This document shows, in pieces, positions 21,911 to 35,441 of a stretch of 64,000 nucleotides of DNA (within the stretch, counting starts at the first letter, position 1; each line of letters begins with the position of its first letter). The DNA is taken from NCBI RefSeq assembly GCF_009914755.1, contig NC_060929.1. One strand, written 5' to 3'. Origin of the DNA: the human T2T-CHM13v2.0 reference genome, Homo sapiens. Below the pieces are notes generated by a model. That model searched no databases and had not been told where the DNA came from. It saw nothing but the letters and a program-made list of their open reading frames with translations. The position numbers and the translations under genes are program-made.

Positions 21911-24900
21911 AATAAGATTGTTGGGTCACAGGATATGTGTATCTTCAACTTTAATAGATGATGTCAAAATTATTTTCCAGTATTTGTTCTTGCTCACACT
22001 TTAACCTACAGGATATAAATGTTACTGTTGATCCCATTCTTGTCAACACCTGCCATCACAGAATTGTTCATTTCAGCTATGTTGGCAAAAGCAAGTGACA
22101 TCTCATTATGCTTTTAAGTTGAATTTTTCAGATAACTCATGAAGTTAAGCACTTCTTTATATGTTAATATTGGCCATCTGAATTTCCTCTTCTGTGAAAT
22201 GCCTATTCAAAGCCTTTGCCATTTTCTGTTGGAGTTTCTATTGCTTTGCTCTAAATATTTAAGAGTTATTTTTATATCCTGACAAATCCTTTATCAGTTA
22301 ATACATTTACAATGTCCTTTTCCATTCCATTTTTCCTCTCTTAATGAAGTCATTCATGTATAGATGTTCCTAATTTCAACGTATCACATTTCAATCTTTT
22401 TTCTTTAGGATACTGCTTCTTGTGTACTCTTTAAAGAACAATTTAGTAATGACAAGAATATGAAGATTTTTTCTCTGTATCTTATAAGTTTAATTGTTTT
22501 GCCTTTTACATTTAGATCAGCAGTCTATCTGAAATTGGCATTTATGTATGGTGAGAAATTGAGATCAAGTTCGTTTCTTTGTTTTTCAATCAAATGTTTA
22601 AAATTGTTCCAGAAACATTTATTGAAGAGATCTTTTCCCTACCATTCTGCACCATAAACAAATCAAGTAGTCATTTATGGATGTAATTAACTTCTGTTAC
22701 ATTAGATTATCTATCTATTGCTCTATTAACATAACAGTGTCTTAGTTGCTGTAGCTTCTTAAAGTGTCTTATATTTAATACACCAAATCTTTCTATCTTG
22801 TTTTATTCTTAAAAAAAACCTTGGATTATCTTAGCCATTTTCATTTTCATATACATATGTATACATGTCTAAAAACTATTTGGATTTTGATTAGGAGTTC
22901 ATTGAAATTTTAAAGCATTTTGTAGATAATTCATATTTTTAACAGTCTTTCAATCCACTTTTATTGCACATCCTTCCATTTAGCTTTTCATTAATTTTGT
23001 CATAACATTCCACAATTATTTAAGTAGAGATTTCATAACATCCCTTGTTAGATTTGACCCTAGATACTTGTTTTCATGAAAACTAGCCCAAATGGCATCT
23101 TTTTAAAAGTTGTATTTTCACGATGTTAATGCTGGTAAATAGAATAATAGAGTTTTTATATTGATTTTTAATCCAGCAATGTTGTTAAATTTTGAATTCT
23201 TTTTATTATTTCTAATAATTTATAGGTAAATTATTTGGATGGTCTACATATATGATCAAATAATTCATGAAAAATGACAGCTTCATTTGTTTATTTCTAA
23301 TCCTTTTGTCTTTTACTGTTCTTTATTGCCTTAGTGCACAGGCTGGGATATCTGGTGAAATGTTAGGCAGAAGTAGTGATATTGGAATCCTTCCATTGCT
23401 CCCAATTAAAAAAAAAATTCAACATCTCACCATTAAGAATGACATATGTTGTGGTTTTTGTAGACACCTTTCATCAGATTAAGAATATCACTGTTTCTAA
23501 TTTGCTATGAGTTTTCATTATGGGGTCAGATGCTAAATTTGTCAAGTATTTTCTTCTGAGCTATTAATGTGATCATATACTTTTTTCTCTAATATATTGT
23601 TAGTGTGATGAATTACACTGAATAATTTTTAAGGATAAATAATCTGGCATTACTGAAATAAAACCAACTTGATCATTATTGTATTTTTTCTACATATTGC
23701 TGGATTCAATTTGCTAAATATATGTAATTTAGAATTTTTTGTATCTATATGTTTTTACTAAAATGGATCTGTAATTTTTATTCTTCATATTCTTGCTAAC
23801 CTAATATGATGTGTTGGTTACTACACCCTTTTTTGTATTCATTAAAATTGTTTATATAAGAGTAAAGTTATTTTTACCCTAAAATATTTGAAAAAAATTC
23901 TCCAGTAAAGCCATTTAGGCTTGGTGTTCACTCTATATTTCTATACCCATGAAATAATGTAATTGTTTATATAGTCAGTATTCATATAGATTTACCCACA
24001 AGTCCACAAGCTTTTACCCCAAATCCCTGGGTTTCAGAATTTCAATTATTTTGGCATTTGAAAGGTAATATTGCTGCATAAACTTTGTATTACTTATCGC
24101 CTCCAGTAGGGTCTAGACAACACCTCATACACATGCACATTAATATCTCTGCAGAGAAAGATATGACTATTTATTTAAAGTGGAATAAATAGAGACTATA
24201 AATAGCCTCAAGTCAGTTCAGGTCAGGTTTTCCATCAAGTAATTTCAGATCAGGTCTTGCTGTTATTGAAGCTTTCTAGATTTGGAATTGTGGCTGAGAG
24301 ATTGGGAACAGATCTTACACAGTGACTGGTTTCCAGAAGGATCTCAACAAATGCTGTTGCTGAACTGATTTGTCAACAAGGAGATTTTTACATAACATTT
24401 CTTTCTAGTCAAATGTTGGGATTTTAAGGTACTATGACGTTAATGCTACAAGTCCATCCATCTAGCTGACAGACAACTTTATAACCAAAATGTTTATGCT
24501 GATAAATTGCAACAATGAGACTGTAGAGCTTGGTTAACACCCCACAGGTTCAGAGTGGAAGAGGCACCTGAACTCAGAATCTCAGACTTTGTGTGGTGTT
24601 ACTTTAAACACATTCTGACTCTTAGAGTGGGAAGAAAATATTACAGCTGGATGTAAACAAGAGATTCAAACCAGAAAATTAAGGGCAAATGGCAGTCAAG
24701 GAGCAACAACAACAAAAAGCTTCCTCATGGATGAATGATATGGGTGAACATCTTGAAAAGGCCATTTGAAGTGGGGAAAAATCAGTGTCTACTTTTCCTG
24801 AATGAAGATGCATACAATCTGTTTCAGCCCGAAGGCTGCACAACCTCATAGATTTTATAAAGAAATAAATTATTTTCGACATGGACCTAACATTTTTTTA

Positions 24901-25549
24901 TACCAATTATACCATTATTCACATTGCTCTCCTGAGATGATTCAACATGCATGCATTTTAAAATACAGCTTTACAGAACTTCATCTCATAAATCTCTCTG
25001 AAAAAATCCATCAGGTGTTGTAACGGGAAGAGCCTTACTCTCTTAATGGTTTCAAGTTTCCAGGCACTAAAGGGAAATGGACTGAGGAGTTAAATCTATC
25101 CTTGATAAACCTACCTATACTCACAACATCAAATAATACTAGAAGGTGAAAGTGATTACAGTCTTTTAAGACAATCTCAAAAAGAGACCTAAGGGAATTT
25201 TTGCTGCCTTACTCAGGAGTTCATTAATTATATGTTAATTACTTAAGCTACTTAGAGCTGTTAAAAGCAGATACATTTGATTTTTTTTAAAAAAAGTAGA
25301 TTTGAGAAAAAAAAATCAAAGGATAAAATCACCCAGTACTTAGACTGACATATGGAAATGCTGCTTTCATACATTCCATTGTCCGTGGGAGAACTGATTG
25401 TTATGATCTTTTAGGAATTTAGTCTGCCAATATCAGTAAAATTAAAAATAAAATTTGACACAGCAATACCACTTTTTGGAAATCTATCCTACAGAAACAA
25501 AAGCACCCATGCATGAGGACTTGTGTACCTGGTTTTTATTCTTTGAATA

Positions 25550-27270
25550 TTTATTAAGTACCTATTCTGTGCCAATCACAAATGGCAAACAGGGCCCTCG
25601 TCTTACAGTACTTATATTCTAAGGGAGAAAAACTGAAAAATAAACACGTAAAGAAAAATAGTAAGCAGAGATAAGTGCTGTAGAGTGACTCTAAACGGGG
25701 CATTGTGATAACTTGTAACTTCAGAGTAGGTAGGCAAGAAAGGGCACCTCTGAGCAATAGGTGGCATTTATCCTGAGAATGTACCAGTAAGAATCCAGCC
25801 TTGGAAAAATCGCAGTGAGGTTTATACTTGCAAAAGGCTGTTAACATCCTGAATTTTAGCAACAAGTTAAATAATGTTATATTCATGTTATGGAATATGA
25901 CACATTTATTAAAATAATGTCCAATTGGCATATCCAAGTTAAACATGCCTAAAATTTGACTTCTGGTCTCTCTCCTGGAAACACCTACTCATTCTGCTGT
26001 CTTATTTAAGCTACAGCGACTCTATTCCTCCAGTTTGGGGGCTAAAAGCCTTGGTATCACCCTTGGCTCTCCATTTTGGTCCCTCAGTATATTGAGGACT
26101 CAATCTTGAAAATACAACCAGAATTCCACCACTTTATACCATACCCACTTCCACCTGCCTGTACCTGCACCGTTCACCTAGATTATTACAATGGCCTTCT
26201 AACTAGCCTCCCTTTATGCACTTGACATCCTTCAGTCTATTCTCAGCAAGGCAGCCAGATGTTAGTCCTTGGATCAAAATCATTCATTCTATTTTAGAAC
26301 AAAATCCAAAGTTTTTACAAAGAACTTTAAGGTCCTACAGAGACTGACACTGACACTCCTCTAATGTTCCCTCTTTCTACAATCTCCCCCATCATCTTGC
26401 TCCAGCAGAGCTGGGCAACTTGCCATTCTTTGAGCCCACGAGGACCACCCTGTCTCAGGAATGTAGTACTTAACTCTTTCCTTTCTCTAAATGTGACTGA
26501 CCCTTCACACAAAAATCCTCAATGGCTACACTAACTAAAATGCAACCTCCTAATATTTCTAATCACCCTTTCCTATTGTGTCCAGAGTTGGCTCCTTCCA
26601 GTGGGTTCTTGGTCTCGCTGACTTCAAGAATGAAGCCACAGACCTTGTGGTGAGTGTTACAGCTCTTAAAGGTGGCATGGACCCAAACAGTGAGCAGCAG
26701 CAAGATTTATTGTGAAGCGTGAAAGAACGAAGCTTCGAGTGGGTTGCCACTGCTGGCTAGGGTGGCCAGCTTTTATTCCCTTATTTGTCCCTGCCCACAT
26801 CCTGCTGAAAGGTTCATTTTACAGAGCACTGATTGGTCCATTTTACAGAGTGCTGATTGGTTTACAATCCTTTAGCTAGACACAGAGTGCTGATTGGTGC
26901 ATTTTTACAGAGTGCTGATTGGTGCATTTACAATCCTTTAGCTAGACACAGAGTGCTGATTGGTGTGTTTTTAGAGAGGGCTGATTGGTGCATTTACAAT
27001 CCTTTAGCTAGACAGAAAAGTTCTCCAAGTCCCCACTTGACCCAGGAAGTCCAGCTGGCTTCACCTCTCACTATCTTGCTTTCTCACTTAATGTGTCTAA
27101 TAATATCATGCATTTTACTCAATGATATTGTCTATTGTCTCTCTCCTCATCATTAGAATATAGCTTCCATGAAGGCCAGAGTTTTGTTCACTCTGTATTC
27201 CCTATGCATAGAACAGTGCCTGATGAAAGATAATCACTCCATAAGCATTTGTCTAATCCATGAATAAATA
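25550..27270. mobile_element. L2 fragments surrounding the LTR12
   Basis: gaatatttattaagtacctattctgtgcca; ctagattattacaatggcctt; agaacagtgcctg..ataagcatttgt. Confidence 0.6.
26577..27070 (-). mobile_element. Solo LTR12 (LTR12F-like, ERV9 family)
   Basis: gctgacttcaagaatgaagcc, gcagcagcaagatttattg, tandem agtgctgattgg units; 4-bp TSD CTAT at 26573-26576 and 27071-27074. Confidence 0.92.
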
Positions 27271-28554
27271 TATTATTTTAAAGATACTCATAAGAGTAAG
27301 TTGATATATGTGTGTATGTGTATGAATGTATAGATTGGTATGGGAGAATACAAATCAGACAGTTCATATTGGTTCAGTCAAGAGGGTAGAATTAGAGGCA
27401 CTGAGGCAGTTATTACAGCTTTTCTTTAAGCACCACTGAGTTGATTGACTGCTTACTATAAGGGATTACATTTGTGACTTTTGGAAAATATTATAGCTCA
27501 ATTTTATATAAAGTATATTAATGTTAGCATGAAATGTAGTTAAAACTCTCAAATCTCAAGATTATTTTTCACATTTTTATATTACTATATTTTAATTGGA
27601 AACACATAAATATTCAGGCTTGGTAGCTGTTTATGCAATAAAAGATCTAGAAATTTCAGTAGATTGCAAGCTTCCCAGAGCCAAAAGCTGTTACAGGCTT
27701 CCTCAGTGAAAGCGCAGCTTCTGCATCACAACAGATAATATAAATGAACTTTGAGCATATCAACCCGCACCCAGAGAGATTTTTTCATACTCCAATTAAT
27801 TCTGGCATTAGACAATCATTTAAGGATTGGATAGTGGCTATCCAATCCTTCCTTTCAAATGAAGCAGTGTACAGAAACATAAACAAATAAACATAAAGAG
27901 CTAAAGGATGTGGGGTTGTGAACAATAGCCTCCCTGGCCTTCTCCCAGGTAGCTTCTGAGAGAGTTGAATGGAAGGTTTAGGGGGTCCATAGAACTAGAA
28001 TATTTATAAACCATACGTGGGCAGGGTGAAGAACAGAGCAGTCTGTTAACTTTTGAATAAAGCTGAAGGAATGTTTGAAAGAAATGAGACAAGATAACTG
28101 TCTTCAATTATTTTAAAGAAGCAAGTTGACTTTTCTGTGAAGCTCCAGAGAGCATCGGTAAGATTAGTGAAGGGCTGGTTTAAGAAGGCAATTTATTTGA
28201 TATTAGGAAAACTTAACTCTCTGGAAACTATAGTTGGCCAATAGTGAAATGAACTGCAAACTGTAGTAACAGACCTCCCGTCGCTGGAGGAATTCACAAG
28301 GAGACAAAGCCTACATCATAACCAATGACAGAAGTGTAACATATGGCATTATTTACCTGGCGAGAGATTACATTATTAAGATCCTTTCTAATTCTTGGGT
28401 TCTAGGAGTTAATGTATCAGGACTCTTTTGGATGCAAATGACAGAACCTCTGCTTTTGCTTAAGCTTGCACAATTGACAACACAAAATTAGATCCTACCT
28501 CCAGATGTGGTTCAATTCAAGAGCTTAAGGTTTTACCTCTTCTCTCCCTTTCTT

Positions 28555-28557
<3 letters not shown>

Positions 28558-28586
<29 letters not shown>

Positions 28587-28855
28587 GAGACAAAGTCTCA
28601 CTCTGTTGCCCAGGCTGGAGTGCAGTGGCACAACTTCGGCTCACTGCAACCTTCGCCTCCCAGGTTCAGGCGATTCTCCTGCCCCAGCCTCCTGAGTAGC
28701 TAAGATTACAGGCATGCACCATCACGCTCAGCTAATTTTGGAGTGGGGTTTCACCTTGTTTTCCAGGCTCGTCTTAAACTCCTGACCTCAGGTGATCCAC
28801 CTGCCTCAGCCTCCCAAAGTGCTGAGATTACAGGCGTGAGCCACCGCACCCGGCC
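28558..28855 (-). mobile_element. AluS (Sx-like) with a small deletion in the A-rich linker
   Basis: Long poly(T) and reverse Alu; gctaattttg joined directly to gagtggggtttcacc. Confidence 0.92.
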
Positions 28856-28944
28856 CTTTTTTGCCTTAAGTCTCAGGCAGACTCATTTCACGTGCCAGTG
28901 AAGGCTCTCAGAAATCCCATTATCTTCCTACCTAGAAATATAAT

Positions 28945-29251
28945 CTACCAAGTGGTTCTGCAACCACAGTTTTCACCAACCACAGTTTTAAAATATTCAG
29001 GAAAAAAACATAAAAAATAATAATATGACAATTAAAATACCAATAAAATATAGTATAACAATTATTTGCATAACATTTATATTATGTTTGGGAGTATAAG
29101 TAGTCTAGAGATGATTTAAAGTATGTAGGAGGGTAGGTGTAGATTATATGCAAATACCACACCACTTTTTATAAGGGACTCGAGCATCTGTGGATTTTTG
29201 GTATCTTTGGGAGTTCTGTAATCAGTCCTTCTGCAAATGAAGGAGAACTGT
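28945..29251 (-). mobile_element. MER2 (TcMar-Tigger) fossil
   Basis: tctagagatgatttaaagtat..attatatgcaaatac..ataagggactcgagcatctgtggattttt. Confidence 0.8.
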
Positions 29252-30074
29252 ACTCAAGATAATTCTCTTTCTCAATGGCTTAAGCAAAAGTCCAGTGCAA
29301 AACTCTTTGTCTTACTTTTGGTCATGCACCTATCCACCTATCTCTGAACAGTCTCACCATACAAGCAAGTAGGACCTGCTGATTAGCCATCTTGGTCCAT
29401 GAATCCATCTCTACCACAAATGAGATGGGATTATATGAATGACAATCCACCAGATGAGGATGGAACATCCCCCAAAGGAAAAACATGCTGAGTAGAGAAA
29501 AAGGAATATGTGTCCATTATATTCTGAGAAAAACACAAAAAAAGATTTGATTTTTACATACAGCTGATTATTCAGGTGAATTTAGAAGGAGCTACAAAGG
29601 TTATAGTCATTTTTTATAGATTACAACCAAGAAAGTACTGAGTTTCTTCACAGGTTTTGGCTTAGAGAGGCTTTCCAGAATTAAAGAAGAAAATCAGGCT
29701 GTTTTCACCATTGCACTGAAATGGGATGGTACTAGGATAAGGAGATGTGTGCTGTCACTGAATATGTTTCTATAACAGATGGGAATAGCTTTTTCTTGAA
29801 ATAGCTACTGATGTAGGGAAGTTAAGATTAGCTAGGGCAATGGTTTCCCATTTGTAGGAATTTGTATTACGGTAATCAAGCAACCAGAAGGAACTGTTAG
29901 TCATCCTTTCCCTGTTTAGAGGCAGAGCTTTGCAAACGAAAGAGAACAATGTACATGTAGGCTAGATGCGTGTGTGTATGTGTGTGTGTGTGTTTCTCTC
30001 CTATGTATATGCAGACATTTATAGACTATGCATAAAGTGAGTCCACGTATTTCTGACAAAAAAAGCAACATAAT

Positions 30075-30310
30075 GTGTAAGAGCAAAGTTTGGGAACCAT
30101 TCTGTCTGAGTTGAAATCCTGCCTCCATCACTTACTAGCTTTGTAACCTTGTGCAAAATATTTAACTTTTCTATACCTTGTTTTTTCTCATCTGTTATTA
30201 ATAAACCCATAAAATTGCTTATTGAATTAAATTAGTAGATAATGAAAAACATTTAGAAGAGTGCCTGGAACATCATGAATGCACAATAAAAATTGCAATC
30301 ATTATTATTA
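30075..30310 (+). mobile_element. MIR
   Basis: aaatcctgcctccatcacttactagctttgtaaccttg...gtgcctggaacat. Confidence 0.7.
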
Positions 30311-31660
30311 CTGTTCACCAACTTCCTGTGTCATTCTGTTCAAATCACTTACCCTCTCTGAGCCTCAGTTTCCACTCCTCAGCAGCCATGTTGTATTCCC
30401 AGGAGCTACTTTTCCATAGAGTTTTAACATATGCTGTGTTACACTTTGTTCAAGGCATTTTTAAACTTACGATTCTCCTCATGTTCATGTCAAACAACAG
30501 ACAAAACATCATGCTGTACTTGTTAAAAACAACAAAAAATAAATTTAAAAAAATAGGTTAACATACAAGGACATTGAACTAACAATAAATCATTTAAGTT
30601 AAAATTTTCATATATACAATGGTTGGAAACAAAAGTCACTCCATAAACAAGTATTTTCTTAAAAAGAGAAAAAATCAGAAATTGGGCAGTTAACTTTTTG
30701 AAATGAATTATGTCCTTATCAACTAGTGCTTGAGACATGAATGGTAAACACATTCAAAAAGTGAGATAGGAAGAAAATGAAAACCAATTGTGTAATATTA
30801 CTTAGTGAGGTAAATTCATCATCATTCATTCACTGATGGTCATTTGAATGTCTGGAAATAGTAAGATATGAACTTATTCTGGGCCCAGCTACTTTGGAGA
30901 GAAATAATTAAAAAATAAAAGATGAGGCTTTCCAGAAGTAAAATTTCTGTGTACATCACCAAGTTTGCGTCTTTCTTCCCACAAAGATGATTTGCTGGAT
31001 ATGAATGGAAACTTTCCCTTTTGGAATCCCCCATCTGTCACTGTATAAATTGGGTTCAGAGAAAGTAATCTGGATGCTGCGAAAAGATTTCAGTAACACA
31101 GGTAGGCTAAGCAGTAGAACAAGGCAATGCTCAGAAACCAAGGCCCAGTTTCAGGAAATGAGCCTTTTAAGGGAAGAATGGGCAGAGAAACATAGCAAAT
31201 GTATTAACTCAGAACCAAATTATCCCCAAATAAAACACATACACATATGTCATGGATTTTCAAGAGATGTCAGTTACTCTTCAATGGGCTGGTAATGCTT
31301 TTTTAACTCTTACAATGAAATTTAATATAGCCTAACAGATATAGTCGAGAAAGGAGGGCTAGGTAGGAAACAGAAAAACAGATAATGATGGATATGCATG
31401 ATGCAGAAATAGCCTAGCTCATTTGACGGCCTTAGCAGATGATAAAAACGTATTCCAGTGAGATTTCTTGCCTCCATTTGAACTTAGAGGTATTGGGATG
31501 ATAAATCTGGTAGGAATTTTAGAGGATATGTAGTTTAATCCTTCATCTCTTGCCTGAATCCCTTTTATGATATTCCCCCAAAGCAGTCCTAGAATACATT
31601 CAGTGGTATTTTCCAGAACAGTCCATTGCAATATTATGCAGTATAGACTGAGAAAGTTCT

Positions 31661-31958
<298 letters not shown>

Positions 31959-32551
31959 TAGACTAAGAAAGTTCTTTTTTAAGCATAGTATAAATTGATC
32001 TCCTAGTAACTTCTACCTATCAATCCTAGATTGATCTCTTTAGATCTTTTCTGTAATTACTAAAATACACTTATTATTCGACAACTCTTCCACATATAAG
32101 ATACTTCTAAAACCTGTATAGAGGATACAACGATGAAAAAATAATCCCTCCCCTGAAGCTGCTTACAGAGACAAAAGACAGGAACAAAATTAGTTTCAGC
32201 ATGGATCAGATTTATGGTACAAGCTACAAGGGAGATGTAGGCAAGATTTCACTGTGTCCATAGGGAGAGGAATCACTTCTTAGGGTATACGGAGAACATT
32301 TCTTGGAAGCAAGGAAATGGGCAGTGGTATCATAGGAAGATTCAACAGCATAGGCAGGAAAAAAGTAAGATTGAGAGGCTATGGATTTTGATGTCTCCTG
32401 GATTTCTAGCTCGTACATTAAGGTGAAGAACCCTGAATATATTCTGTCACTGTATATATCCAGTTTTTGACATATGGGCATGTCATGAACTTTCACACTG
32501 TGTTTCAGTAATGAATGGACTTTAACTTGGCCACTTCTCTGCAAGCGTAGA

Positions 32552-32612
32552 GTGTGTGTGTGTGTCTGTGTCTGTGTGTGTGTGTCTGTGTGTGTGTGTG
32601 TGCATGTATGTG
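32552..32612. repeat. (TG)n/(TGTGTC)n microsatellite
   Basis: Seen directly in the sequence. Confidence 0.95.
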
Positions 32613-33356
32613 TCTATGGTGTGAGGTCTTGCTAAATTGGCAAAGGTGAGGTTTCTCATCTTCTCAGTAATCCCTGGATGAACCATAACTTCACCTGGAT
32701 GAGAACGAAATGAAAAAGCCTCAGATAGGTAGAGCTTTAGCAAGTGATATTTTACTCTTGACTAATAGGGGACTACTTGCCCTATGACCAATTCCAGGTG
32801 GCAGAAATTCAGTGGTGCCAACTTCAGGGAAACTAGGCAAGCCTCCAGGAGGGGCCACCTGTGCTGCTTCCCTTTCTACAAGGAACTAGCCAGTCCCTTT
32901 AGAGGACTAGAAGCTTGTATTTTAAACATGTCAACTACTACACCTTTTGTATTTTCTGTAATTATTGCTTTTTTGTTCTCTGAGTATTAAAGTTCTTTTG
33001 AAAATGTCAGCCTGTTTCAGCTGAGCAAAGGAAAACAAGAAAAGTTGTTTCAATTCATGCATTTGAAGTTTTTAAGGAGGAATGAGGCTCCCTCCTTGTT
33101 TTATGGGGCCCAGTGTAGTGGAGATTATAATAATCTAATGGAGAAGGTGCCAGAAAGGGAGATATTTAGGAGAAAGAAGTCGGATTCCTTAACCAACCAC
33201 CCTCTTCACATAAACAGTTTACTGGACTCTATTTTTTACCATTATGAAAGGTTCTATATATTTTTAAATATTTTCATCTTTTTTCTTTATTTTTTTTTCT
33301 TTTATACTTAGTCCTGCAGGGGAAAAATAGTGTTTTTGTTAACCAAAAAGGCCAGT

Positions 33357-33362
33357 ACATTG

Positions 33363-33393
<31 letters not shown>

Positions 33394-33425
33394 ACTGACA
33401 TTGTAAATAAATAAATAAATTGACA
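33357..33425. repeat. (TAAA)n with local duplication of acattgtaaat...tgaca
   Basis: Seen directly in the sequence. Confidence 0.85.
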
Positions 33426-33554
33426 ACTAGGCATAAGGCAGAAAATCAAAATGAACCAAAATTCTATCACTTGAACATTGATAACTTCTGGGTCTAGTGT
33501 TAGCTGATGTTTCCTTCTACATTTTAAAAAATGTTATAATTATATAGACATTTT

Positions 33555-33735
33555 TCATGTATATACTAAATGAATATACATTTTGAAAGTATATGCTAAA
33601 TACATATACATTTTTAATGTGTATAGTAAATGCGTATACTGTTTAATGTATATATTAAATGCATATACATTGTTTAGTATATACTAGATCCATATATATT
33701 GTTTAATGTATACACATTAAATATTATGCATTTAA
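33555..33735. repeat. Degenerate AT-rich ~30-bp tandem repeat (about 6 copies)
   Basis: Unit approximately tgtatatactaaatgcatatacattgtttaa. Confidence 0.8.
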
Positions 33736-33959
33736 TACCATCTCAATTATTAGGCATTTAACTTGGTTCCATTCTTTTACATTTAATATGACATCTCAAT
33801 AACTAGATTTTATTTTTATTAGAGAGAAGGAGGGGTGGAAAGAGGGCACTCAAGTAAAATCTTTTTCTGTTCATCTAAACTTTTTATTGCAGCTTCTGGA
33901 CTTTCTCCAAGCATACAGGGGCGAGCAAGCTTTTCCTATAAAGGCCTAACGGTCCTCAA

Positions 33960-34354
33960 GCCCTGACCACATCCACCATTGCTTTGTCTCTGACATGGCT
34001 GGTCCTCACAGTCTCCTAAGGGTGACGATCACAGGGGCTCATGAACCAGGCTCTATCCCTCCACCCTGGACAAATGACCGCTCTGTTTCCCCAGTAGCTG
34101 CCAGGAGGGCTGGTGAAACAACCCAGAAATATGGGGAGTTAACTTCCAAAGGGGCAACCTTCTACCAGTGGGAGACTCGAGACAGACAGGGGGCCAGCAG
34201 ATACACTGCTCACTCTTCCTCTATCATCCAGACTGTTCTGAGGCACTCAGCTGTGTTTTTCTCCCACTCTCAGTAATGGGTTAGCATGTTAAGTATGTGT
34301 CAGCACATACGCTGTTCTTCAGGCCCTATTGTCTAGTAAACCCAGGCTAAGACA
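33960..34354 (+). mobile_element. LTR16-like ERVL solo LTR
   Basis: ggggagttaac motif; ends aacccaggctaagaca. Confidence 0.55.
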
Positions 34355-35164
34355 CACATAGTATGTCATTTAATCACATGGCAATCTGAACAACAATCCT
34401 GTGAGATAGATATTTCATGTTTATAAAAATGAAGTGGATCCTTGCTCCTTGGAGGTGAAGTGGCTTGCACAGGCAAGCCAAAACTAGACCCAGCCACTTG
34501 ACACTTAATGAATCTCCACGACACTAAGCTGTTTTTAATATTGCAGTCTTCCAGTTAGGCTTTATAAGCCTTCAGAATGAAAAAGAAAGTTTGCTTATTC
34601 TTTGCTCCCAGGCTCATTCCATGCCGACAAAGGGCTCAGAACCCAGGTCTGCTCACTCAGACATCATGGAGAAGAAAGGACTTGGTATGAAAGCCTATGA
34701 GGTCCCATCTGATGTCAGCCTAACTTCTGGACCAAAAATCCAACCTATCTTCAGCTGTCTTCAGAGATATTGCTCCTTTGTCATTTAGAGGCTTACAGCC
34801 AAGCCTTTCCATCTGGGACTGGTAGAGACGGGAAGCATGTTTCAAAGGTCGGCTTCCTGTTTTAGGATTGGGGTGCAGTAAAAGAGTATTAGTTTCTAGT
34901 CTGAACTCTAATACTTACTAGCTGGGTAACCTCTCAAGCCTCAGTTTTCTTTCCTATAAAATGGGCATAATCTTTGTGGTAGGTGGTACCCTGCATATGT
35001 GTTCTTGAGTCTTGCCAAATAGTTCCTGGATACTCTTATGGCTTCCTGTATCTCTCTCCCTGAGAATGTTCTCTGCACACGGCAGCATGCAAGGTTTACT
35101 AAAAGTGCCAGAGAATTCATGACTCACAAGCAACTGCAACCAATGGGGGACAGGAATTGGTGGA

Positions 35165-35441
<277 letters not shown>

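Larger units (their letters stand above)
18850..23990 (-). mobile_element. Patchwork of ancient L1M (MB/MC/MD/ME-type) fragments with nested insertions
   Basis: Degenerate L1 3'UTR/ORF2 motifs (gtggaatcatacaata, tttcacttagcaaaatg, ttctgtgaaatgcctattc, caatttgctaa). Confidence 0.7.
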
